Assembly: GCA_017462265.1 (NCBI GenBank)
Contig: JAFTRN010000050.1
Location: 26,147-90,146, forward strand
Length of the DNA stretch: 64,000 nucleotides
Direction of reading: 5' to 3'
Source: Coprobacter sp.
GTDB lineage: Bacteria; Bacteroidota; Bacteroidia; Bacteroidales; UBA11471
The number at the start of each line of letters is the position of its first letter. Within the stretch, counting starts at the first letter, position 1. Of the stretch, positions 1 to 7,135 are shown in pieces. The notes under the pieces were generated by a model. The model did no database searches, was not told the DNA's origin, and saw only the letters and a program-made list of their open reading frames with translations. Position numbers and translations under genes: made by a program.

Positions 1-957
1 ATCGAGCGTGAAATGCACCACGAAATAGTCGGCCTCGGTATCGGCATTGTCGGTATCGCTGTTGCGCACCAAGAAACGTCCGTTTTGCGTCTCGTCATAG
101 ACGTAATCGCTCCCCACCCGGGGATAATCGATACGTAACAAGGCATGATAATAAGGTGCGAAATAGCGCATACCCTCCACCCCTATCGTATTGTAGTGAC
201 GCGACACGATCTCGAAGCGTCGATATTCGTTCCCTGCCGGGAATATCAGCTCGGGCCGATGAGCATATTCCAATTCGTCTTGTCGCACATAGAGGGGCTG
301 CGCGACCACGTGCGACACCTCATCTACATTCTGCGATATATGCAGTTGCAACTCCTCGCGCGGATTGCGTATCTCGTAGCGCGGGTGCATCAGCTTCACG
401 GCAAGCTGCTGATGAGCCTTGTTGTAATCGATATCGGTGCGTGTGGTCACGTCGCAAGCGAGCGCCACCACATTCTCGGTAATCGAGAAACAGGCCGTGA
501 GCAACACCTCATCGGGCGCACCATCGGGATATACCTCCACGACATAATTGCCCGACACCAAGAAACGCATATCCTCGTTGGGCAATTCCAAGCGATAATT
601 CACATAGTGCCTATAGGTATTGAACGAAAGCGCGTAGTCATCGATCGACTGATTATTGAACCCATCGATATACTCCACCTCGGTGAGTGCCGAGGGCGTC
701 CAGTCGGCATTGCAATGCACCACCCGGTAATAGAGTTCATCGGGGTCCTCCGTGAATATATCAAACGAGATTACAATCCTGTCGTCTCCACCCAACAGCA
801 ATACCGGCGGTGCCAGCATATCCGATGCCGGACGCACCTGCAAAGTATGTATGCTGTCGGCCAACGCCTGTGTGCGATAGCCACTCCGTGCCGACACTGC
901 GCCTACACATACAAGAAGCAAAAATATGATGATACCACGTGCCTTCATAAATTTCAT
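1..957 (-). CDS. DUF5103 / type IX secretion plug-protein-like family; 5' part only, the C-terminus runs off the window start
   Basis: This gene is not reported as one ORF in the track because it is cut at base 1. Hand translation of the minus strand from ATG 957-955 gives MKFMKARGIIIFLLLVCVGAVSA (signal peptide), then ...IHTLQVRP...YYRVVHCNADWTPSALTEVEYIDGFNNQSIDDY...SGNYVVEVYPDG... It stays open for 319 codons down to base 1. The family was assigned from remembered DUF5103 motifs. Confidence 0.6.
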   Translation of the reverse strand, partial: MKFMKARGIIIFLLLVCVGAVSARSGYRTQALADSIHTLQVRPASDMLAPPVLLLGGDDRIVISFDIFTEDPDELYYRVVHCNADWTPSALTEVEYIDGFNNQSIDDYALSFNTYRHYVNYRLELPNEDMRFLVSGNYVVEVYPDGAPDEVLLTACFSITENVVALACDVTTRTDIDYNKAHQQLAVKLMHPRYEIRNPREELQLHISQNVDEVSHVVAQPLYVRQDELEYAHRPELIFPAGNEYRRFEIVSRHYNTIGVEGMRYFAPYYHALLRIDYPRVGSDYVYDETQNGRFLVRNSDTDNADTEADYFVVHFTLD

Positions 958-960
958 ACG

Positions 961-1314
961 TTACCATTCTATCGTCACGGCAGCCTCGCCCACCTCGCCT
1001 ACAATGGGAGGCGACAATTTTGCCACACGCAACGAACCGCCCGTCACGGCCGGATAGGCCTCGGCGATTGCCTTATATATGCGTCCCGCCACATGCTCGA
1101 GCAGGGCCGATGGCACCGCCATCTCGCGAGCCACCAACGCATAGAGGTGGGCATAGTTCAGCGTATCGGCCACATCGTCGCTCGCCATTGCTGCCTGCAA
1201 CGGCACATCTACCCGCAACGAAACCTCATAGTCGTTGCCCACCTTGCGCTCCTGCTGCATCACACCATGATAGGCATAGAAACGCACACGGTTCAACTCG
1301 ATGCTTGTTTTCAT
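961..1314 (-). CDS. folB: dihydroneopterin aldolase
   Basis: MKTSIELNRVRFYAYHGVMQQERKVGNDYEVSLRVDV...YAHLYALV fits the FolB signature. I moved the start to the ATG at 1314, which is M9 of the track ORF 961..1338. Confidence 0.8.
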   Translation of the reverse strand: MKTSIELNRVRFYAYHGVMQQERKVGNDYEVSLRVDVPLQAAMASDDVADTLNYAHLYALVAREMAVPSALLEHVAGRIYKAIAEAYPAVTGGSLRVAKLSPPIVGEVGEAAVTIEW

Positions 1315-1387
1315 ACAAAAAAACGGTTTTCTCCTCACAAAAATAAATCTTTTCGGCGAAAACTCCTGTTTTTTACGCCGAAAATAC

Positions 1388-1395
1388 TATTTTTG
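1388..1395 (+). promoter_or_regulatory. Bacteroidetes -7 promoter box TAnnTTTG (TATTTTTG) upstream of the bactofilin gene
   Basis: The motif tatttttg lies 27 nt before ATG 1422. Confidence 0.45.
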
Positions 1396-1421
1396 CACAA
1401 AACAATTCAACAATCGACACC

Positions 1422-1772
1422 ATGAGCAAGGACGCACAAAACGGAATGATTCATAATAATTTCTCGGCCAACACCACCATCGTGGGCAATATCAACGCCG
1501 GCGGCGACATTCGCATCGACGGCACATTGCAAGGAAACGTGGAGTGTGGCGGACGTGTAATCGTAGGCGAACAATCACACATACAAGGCAATATCGTTGC
1601 CGCCAACGCCGAGATCAACGGGAAAATACACGGCAATATCACCGTCAGCGACACCTTGGTGCTACGTGCCACCGCCGTAATCGAAGGCGACATCGCCACC
1701 GGCACACTCGTCATAGAGCCGCGCGCCCACTTCAACGGCACCTGCAAAATGCAAAACACCCCTGCAAAATAA
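1422..1772 (+). CDS. bactofilin (polymer-forming cytoskeletal protein, DUF583)
   Basis: 116 aa with a repetitive beta-helix pattern: TIVGNINAGGDIRIDGTLQGNVECGGRVIVGEQSHIQGNIVAANAEINGKIHGNITVSDTLVL... Confidence 0.8.
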   Translation: MSKDAQNGMIHNNFSANTTIVGNINAGGDIRIDGTLQGNVECGGRVIVGEQSHIQGNIVAANAEINGKIHGNITVSDTLVLRATAVIEGDIATGTLVIEPRAHFNGTCKMQNTPAK

Positions 1773-1847
1773 CCTCGGAAGTGTTTCGCCCCACAGTTCC
1801 CCGGCCACGCCGAACAAAACCGCTTAAAATTCCACCTATCCACTACC

Positions 1848-1874
1848 TCCCGCATCACCCCTGCGGGATTTTTT
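1848..1874 (+). terminator. rho-independent terminator after the bactofilin gene
   Basis: The stem tcccgca/tgcggga (1848-1854 and 1862-1868) has a 7-nt loop and is followed by tttttt. Confidence 0.7.
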
Positions 1875-1896
1875 ATTATCGTAAAACTTTTTCGCA

Positions 1897-1926
1897 CAAA
1901 ATGCAAACAAATTTGTTTGCATTTTG
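1897..1926. promoter_or_regulatory. 30-bp perfect palindrome, candidate operator of the HTH/AbiEii operon
   Basis: caaaatgcaaacaaa|tttgtttgcattttg is perfectly self-complementary. It directly abuts the TATATTTG box at 1927-1934. Confidence 0.6.
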
Positions 1927-1934
1927 TATATTTG
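1927..1934 (+). promoter_or_regulatory. -7 promoter box TATATTTG for the HTH/AbiEii operon
   Basis: The TAnnTTTG motif ends 9 nt before ATG 1944, which implies a very short or absent leader. Confidence 0.45.
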
Positions 1935-1943
1935 CATCGATAT

Positions 1944-2435
1944 ATGAACGAAAGAATCGAAATATTAAAAGGCATACACCCGGGCAAGGTTATTGGCCGA
2001 GATTTAAAGAAAAGGAATCTCAGCCAACGCACTTTTGCGACCACTATTGGTGAACATAGTCAGACACTGAACGCCGTCATCACCGGCCGACGGAGTATTA
2101 CGACCGAGATGGCTGTAAAAATAGAGCGCTCATTCGGATACACCGAGGGATTTCTACTCATTTTGCAAGCCTATTACGACATCGAGCAATACAAAAATCG
2201 ATTGAAATGTATGTCGGTCAATGGCACGCCTCGTGTGCGCAAAATTCTCTTTTGGGATACCGATTTCGACAAAATCGATTGGGGTAAGCACAAAAACATG
2301 GTCATTTCTCGCATTATAGAGCGAGGCACCGAGGCCGAAAAAGAAGAAATAGCCCGTTTCTACGGCCTAAGTATGACCGACCTATCCACCTACACTCCCA
2401 CAAATAGTTATCGAACAAAAAACACAAACAAATGA
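1944..2435 (+). CDS. HigA/XRE-family HTH protein with a C-terminal extension (DUF6922-like); putative antitoxin partner of AbiEii
   Basis: HPGKVIGRDLKKRNLSQRTFATTIGEHSQTLNAVITGRRSITTEMAVKIERSFGYTEGFLLILQAYYDIE matches the HigA antidote HTH pattern. The C-terminal part, ILFWDTDFDKIDWGKHKNMVISRIIERGTEAEKEEIARFYGL, is extra. The start is set at ATG 1944 because the track start 1917 is a TTG. The stop overlaps the next start (ATGA). Confidence 0.7.
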   Translation: MNERIEILKGIHPGKVIGRDLKKRNLSQRTFATTIGEHSQTLNAVITGRRSITTEMAVKIERSFGYTEGFLLILQAYYDIEQYKNRLKCMSVNGTPRVRKILFWDTDFDKIDWGKHKNMVISRIIERGTEAEKEEIARFYGLSMTDLSTYTPTNSYRTKNTNK

Positions 2436-3109
2436 GCCCGACCTCAGGATTATTACACTATAATACCATAACCCCGGTATTAAAACAGACTCTTTTGAAA
2501 CTTTCAGGAGAAGAATTATTTGCACCATTTCGATTGGTCGGTGGAACAAACCTCAGTTTAAGATTCGGACATAGGAAATCTATTGATATCGATTTATTCA
2601 GCGATGCCGAATATGGCAGTATCGATTATTCCATTATTGAAGAATATTTACAACGCCATTTTCCATACTATCTTTGCAACGATCGGTCAGGGATTGTAGG
2701 TTTCGGGCGAAGTTACTATATCGGATCATCTGCTGAGGATATTATTAAATTAGACTTAATGTACACCGACCCGTTTTTACTCCCAGCAGAAGTCATCGAT
2801 GGTATAAGTATGGCGAGTATTGCCGACATTATCGCTATGAAAATGAATGTTATATCTCGAGGTGGTCGAAAAAAAGATTTTTGGGATATACATATGCTAC
2901 TCGACTATTATCCCATATCCGAAATGATACAGTTGCACGCACAAAGATATGAGTGGGAACATCATGAAGCAGAATTGATTAAGAACCTATCCAACTTTGA
3001 GATTGCCAATGATGAACCCGACCCGATATGCCTCCAACAAAAAGATTGGGACGAAATAAAACTCGATTTTATAGATATTATATACAAATTAGAAAACGCC
3101 CCATGCTAA
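2432..3109 (+). CDS. nucleotidyltransferase, AbiEii/AbiGii toxin family (DUF1814)
   Basis: FRLVGGTNLSLRFGHRKSIDIDLFSD matches the AbiEii NTase motif (GGTxL...R.S.DIDF). The protein is 225 aa and is translationally coupled to the upstream HTH gene. Confidence 0.75.
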   Translation: MSPTSGLLHYNTITPVLKQTLLKLSGEELFAPFRLVGGTNLSLRFGHRKSIDIDLFSDAEYGSIDYSIIEEYLQRHFPYYLCNDRSGIVGFGRSYYIGSSAEDIIKLDLMYTDPFLLPAEVIDGISMASIADIIAMKMNVISRGGRKKDFWDIHMLLDYYPISEMIQLHAQRYEWEHHEAELIKNLSNFEIANDEPDPICLQQKDWDEIKLDFIDIIYKLENAPC

Positions 3110-3162
3110 AGCCCATAATATACGGTCCTATATCGCTGCGACCAGGTAGTATAAAAAACACG

Positions 3163-3202
3163 CCAACCGCCCCTAAAAATTAGAAGCGGTTGGTTTTCTT
3201 TT
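3163..3202. terminator. bidirectional terminator between the convergent AbiE-like and GmrSD-like operons
   Basis: The stem ccaaccgc (3163-3170) / gcggttgg (3186-3193) is flanked by an A-run upstream and ttttctttt downstream. Confidence 0.65.
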
Positions 3203-3223
3203 ATAAGCCACTATAATGGCATT

Positions 3224-3433
3224 TCAGAAGTCCAAAGCATCACGTTTTATCTCGGCAATGCGAGTTCTAACCTTTTCTTCTATCCCCATTAATGACTCCA
3301 TCAGCACCTCTTTGGGGATATGCCTATACACTCGACAGTTATCATATTTCTGCATTCTTCTACGATGCGCCTTCTCCGAATGAAATATCTGGTATAGTTC
3401 CATCAACGTAAACATCTCCATACCTATATCCAC
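3224..3433 (-). CDS. small hypothetical protein (69 aa), last gene of the GmrSD-like operon
   Basis: The ORF overlaps the upstream gene by 10 nt and shares the AT-rich codon style of the island. No motif was recognised. Confidence 0.4.
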   Translation of the reverse strand: MDIGMEMFTLMELYQIFHSEKAHRRRMQKYDNCRVYRHIPKEVLMESLMGIEEKVRTRIAEIKRDALDF

Positions 3434-3942
3434 CGCTGTTTCAACCGATAATAACCATTGCCTAGTCTCTCAAATCGGTCTCTCCCTTCACTTAAATTTC
3501 TACACACAGAAAGTTCTGGTGTTTTTGCACGAGTGTAATCTATATATTTTTTCCGTATAATTTCTTCTGTTATCTCCTTATAGTGCATAGGTTCATAATT
3601 ATTATCTTTGAAAACCTGCATTATTGCCTCATCACACGACATATTCTTTCTATGTTGAATATATCCTTTATTCGTATTCGGAAACGATGCCATAGTTTTA
3701 TTTCCAACCAATTTTACACTTAAACCATTCTCTGTAGAATATGTCACAAGAATATTAACTTCTGTTTGTACAGCCTGTAATATTGGTTCTAAGACTTCTT
3801 TCACTCGCGGAAGGACTTTTTTATTTATTTCCTCCTCTTCCTTTTCCCTTATCTGACTTTGAATTAATTGAATTGCGTCATTTGTCACACCCAATTCTTG
3901 CATTTGTTTTTTTAATGCATATAGTTCCTTTAATTTTTCCAT
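3424..3942 (-). CDS. coiled-coil protein with a C-terminal HARE-HTH winged-helix domain
   Basis: Residues ~101-168, MSCDEAIMQVFKDNNYEPMHYKEITEEIIRKKYIDYTRAKTPELSVCRNLSEGRDRFERLGNGYYRLK, match the HARE-HTH pattern (..LHYKEI...GKTPE.T....L.....RF.R.GRG.Y.L). The N-terminal part is rich in charged heptad-like sequence. Confidence 0.65.
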   Translation of the reverse strand: MEKLKELYALKKQMQELGVTNDAIQLIQSQIREKEEEEINKKVLPRVKEVLEPILQAVQTEVNILVTYSTENGLSVKLVGNKTMASFPNTNKGYIQHRKNMSCDEAIMQVFKDNNYEPMHYKEITEEIIRKKYIDYTRAKTPELSVCRNLSEGRDRFERLGNGYYRLKQRWI

Positions 3943-3971
3943 AATGTTTCTTTTCTATCTTGTTAAAAAAA

Positions 3972-6260
3972 TCATTTAACTACAAATTTTATTACATCTG
4001 GTTCTGAAGTCAGATATATGGAAACATATCTATCAAGAATTACCACATCTTTACCATCTTTCTTTTTACACAGATTTTCATATAATGAGTCAAATATTGC
4101 TCTCAAATGCTCCTTAATATAAGAATCTCTATACTGTATTTGTATTACGTCCACGCCTCTATTATCATGATTATACCTTGTCAAAATTGCATTATAGTCC
4201 GAACCATCAATTCTTATTTTTATTGGTTTCTTTTCATTAAGTTTCAACTTTCCACCACAAAACATATGTATATCTTCATGACATTTCTGTTCTAATGTTA
4301 TTGCCGTTGAAAGGAAACTCAAATCAACTTTTTTTATCTGTAATAAACGATCCCTATCTTTTTCGCTTATAGTTTTTCTACGTATTTCTTGCTTATCTTC
4401 TATTTGTTGTATACTTTGAGCCGATGGCTCTGCATCTCTTGACAATTTCTGTAATATAGATTTTTTTTGGTCTTCGGGCAAGCCCAATAACCACGAAACT
4501 AAATCTTCAGAACCTTCCGCAACGGAATCCAAAACATTATCTATCGGTGCTTTTTCTCGATAATCTGGATACAATCTTATTATTTCTTCTATCAAGCTAT
4601 CGGTCCTTGTATCAATATCTTTTATCGTCCAAAAATCTTTTTGTAAAATTTCTTTATTTATTCTTAAATGCTCAGTTTGAGATAATTGTTTTTTCTTATA
4701 TTCCCAATTTTTGTTTCCCATTTTACTATTATCTATTTTGGCGGCTAATGTAAGATTTCCCAACCGATGAATTTTCTCTTCATATTCTTCTTGAGAAACA
4801 GCCAATTTTTCCAACCACTCAACTGTTGATGTTTGGGGTATCAGATGTTCTATACTTAATGTAGATAAATTTACAGGCGCATTATTCCCCTCCAATTCCC
4901 ATTTGCAAAAGAAAGCCTTTACCGGGCTACGAAGTTCATACATATTCGCTGATTTTATATATTCACGAAGATCTCTATCTGTTGGCATTGCCCTTGGTGT
5001 ATTCCTATTCCCCTCTATCAAAATAGATTTAAATATTTCCACAATATTTGTATATTCACCCTGACACTTCGACAAAGTATATCTCAATAAGTCTGGGAAA
5101 TAATTGGATATAATACTCGTATCAATATTACAAAGAGACCTACGCATCAAATACGATACAAGAATCATCATAATTTCCGATAGTTGTTGAGAAGATATGT
5201 TTTTGCGTATGTCATACATCACGTATAACTCCAATAATAGAGCGACAGGCATCTCCGACTCTATTTCTCGGTATTCTCTTATTGCATTTCTCAACCCTTC
5301 ATCTACATTTTCTATCGGGGCATTATAAATTACATAATAACCATATGCATAATCCAAGATTTCTCGAAATAGTTCTTCTGTTCCAAATGGGTTCCCTATT
5401 TTTTCATAATACCATTTTGTAAACGAAGCATATACGGCATTTTTATTTACAATCGTTCTATTTTTAGCCATTATGAAAAATCTGAAAAAGGCCTCCATTT
5501 TTTTAGCATCGCGCGATACATAGAGTTCTATTTTTTTCCAATATTTTTCAAAATACTCATCTTGTTTGTCACTTGAGATAGGCATTAGCATGAAATTCCG
5601 AATAAGATCAGATGCTGTAAGTTTTGCCCCTGTAGCATTAATACTTTCAAATATTTTCTGTGGATAATCTTCTTCTCCTATTGGCACACAGACAATATAT
5701 AATCTATCTAATGTGTTCAATATATTATCAATAGTGAAATCACATAATAATTCCTCCAAGTATTTCTTTATTAAACAATAATTTTTCCACACATTCGAAT
5801 CTTGGTCGGGTATATTTCTAAAATCTCTGGTTACAATATGTTTATACACCTCATCATCAGAGACTAAAGGTTTTAATTTGAATTTGTTTGTTTCCGAATA
5901 AGAGTTTATCAAATATGTATTTTCAAGAGTCTTGGCCTTTTCATTTTCATTATCGCTATGCAAAATTTCTTTAATAGCATACAAAATGAGAAAAAGGGTA
6001 GTTAATCGTTGCTGGCCATCTATAACAGAACGCTCATTCTGAAAAGGTGTAAGAGATTTCTCCAAATAAATCATTATACCAATAAAATGCTTTGTGCGTT
6101 TCCCATATAATATATCTTTCAAATCCTCAAATAACTGATTTACTTCCCGTTTACTCCATGTGTAATTTCTTTGATAAACCGGAATAACATATTGTGTGCA
6201 TGAATTTCCTCGAAGCAATTCTAATAAACCCGTTTTTACAGGAACATAACTTTGTGCCAT
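3972..6260 (-). CDS. GmrSD-like DUF262/DUF1524 endonuclease (putative modification-dependent type IV restriction enzyme) with an extra C-terminal domain
   Basis: The N-terminus has YVIPVYQRNYTW and DGQQRLTTL (residues 81-89), which marks DUF262, a ParB-like NTPase. Residues ~468-520, LSIEHLIPQ...HRLGNLTLAAKIDNSKMGNKNW, mark DUF1524, a His-Me finger. About 190 further residues follow the canonical end. Confidence 0.8.
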   Translation of the reverse strand: MAQSYVPVKTGLLELLRGNSCTQYVIPVYQRNYTWSKREVNQLFEDLKDILYGKRTKHFIGIMIYLEKSLTPFQNERSVIDGQQRLTTLFLILYAIKEILHSDNENEKAKTLENTYLINSYSETNKFKLKPLVSDDEVYKHIVTRDFRNIPDQDSNVWKNYCLIKKYLEELLCDFTIDNILNTLDRLYIVCVPIGEEDYPQKIFESINATGAKLTASDLIRNFMLMPISSDKQDEYFEKYWKKIELYVSRDAKKMEAFFRFFIMAKNRTIVNKNAVYASFTKWYYEKIGNPFGTEELFREILDYAYGYYVIYNAPIENVDEGLRNAIREYREIESEMPVALLLELYVMYDIRKNISSQQLSEIMMILVSYLMRRSLCNIDTSIISNYFPDLLRYTLSKCQGEYTNIVEIFKSILIEGNRNTPRAMPTDRDLREYIKSANMYELRSPVKAFFCKWELEGNNAPVNLSTLSIEHLIPQTSTVEWLEKLAVSQEEYEEKIHRLGNLTLAAKIDNSKMGNKNWEYKKKQLSQTEHLRINKEILQKDFWTIKDIDTRTDSLIEEIIRLYPDYREKAPIDNVLDSVAEGSEDLVSWLLGLPEDQKKSILQKLSRDAEPSAQSIQQIEDKQEIRRKTISEKDRDRLLQIKKVDLSFLSTAITLEQKCHEDIHMFCGGKLKLNEKKPIKIRIDGSDYNAILTRYNHDNRGVDVIQIQYRDSYIKEHLRAIFDSLYENLCKKKDGKDVVILDRYVSIYLTSEPDVIKFVVK

Positions 6261-6286
6261 AAATAAATCTTTTTATTATCCTCTTG

Positions 6287-6294
6287 CAAAGTTA
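6287..6294 (-). promoter_or_regulatory. -7 promoter box (TAACTTTG on the minus strand) for the GmrSD-like operon
   Basis: The plus strand reads caaagtta. The box lies 27 nt upstream of the start at 6260. Confidence 0.45.
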
Positions 6295-6489
6295 CTAAAT
6301 AAAAACAACTTTAAAAGTATTTCGAAATAAATTTTCTTTAATATTCACAACAAAATAATCTTTGACGCATTAAATACCGTCGTTTGATTTTTTATATTAC
6401 ATAAATTACGCTTATTGCGTTGTATTTAAGTCAAATTTGCTATTTTTGTGTACACTATTTTGAAACCCGATTCTAAAAGCTTTTGAGAT

Positions 6490-7074
6490 ATGATAGAATA
6501 TATACGTGGGGAGGTGGCGGAGCTTACTCCTACATTGGCGGTAATAGATTGTAATGGTGTGGGATATGGACTGAACATATCTCTCACGACGTATAGCACA
6601 CTGGCCGTGGGGCGCGAGGCGCGGTTGTATGTGCACGAGGCCATACGCGAAGACGCTTACGTGCTATACGGATTTGCCGACCGTCGCGAGCGCGAGCTGT
6701 TTCTGCTACTCATTTCGGTATCGGGCGTGGGGCCCAACACGGCTCGCATGATATTGTCGTCGCTGTCGCCCGCCGAGCTGGAGCAGGTAATCGTCGGGGG
6801 CAACGTCGCCACGCTGAAATCGGTAAAGGGCATAGGGGCAAAAACGGCCGAACGTATAATTGTTGACCTCAAGGATAAAATAAAAGGGGGTACTTCTACG
6901 TTACTTATAAGCACCGCACCTCAACAACAGGAGGTACAAGACGAAGCCGTGGCGGCTCTCGTGATGCTGGGATTCCCCCAAGCGGCCTCGCAAAAGGTGG
7001 TGCAGAAACTACTAAAAGAGACCCCGACTCTCAAAGTCGAAGCCGTGATAAAGGCGGCTCTCAAGATGTTGTAA
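6490..7074 (+). CDS. ruvA: Holliday junction branch migration protein RuvA
   Basis: [35 protein letters not shown]...[13 protein letters not shown]...[19 protein letters not shown] is the typical RuvA sequence with HhH motifs. Confidence 0.9.
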   Translation: MIEYIRGEVAELTPTLAVIDCNGVGYGLNISLTTYSTLAVGREARLYVHEAIREDAYVLYGFADRRERELFLLLISVSGVGPNTARMILSSLSPAELEQVIVGGNVATLKSVKGIGAKTAERIIVDLKDKIKGGTSTLLISTAPQQQEVQDEAVAALVMLGFPQAASQKVVQKLLKETPTLKVEAVIKAALKML

Positions 7075-7135
7075 CCGACATCTCGGCACGAGCGGGGCCA
7101 TATTACCGGATAGCCCCGTATAGGCTGCCACGACG

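Noticed and set aside
145-1425. A 426-aa plus-strand ORF covering the first 1.4 kb
   Set aside because: It is antisense to the DUF5103-like gene and folB. Its translation is His/Arg/Ile-rich low-complexity sequence with no motif. The minus-strand genes have clear signal peptides and family motifs. It is a shadow ORF.
1870-6280. An identical 11-mer, tttttattatc, at 1870-1880 and 6270-6280, considered as a possible target-site duplication flanking the island
   Set aside because: The right-hand copy lies between the GmrSD-like start codon (6260) and its own promoter box (6287-6294). It therefore cannot mark the island boundary. A short A/T-only match is plausible by chance in AT-rich DNA.
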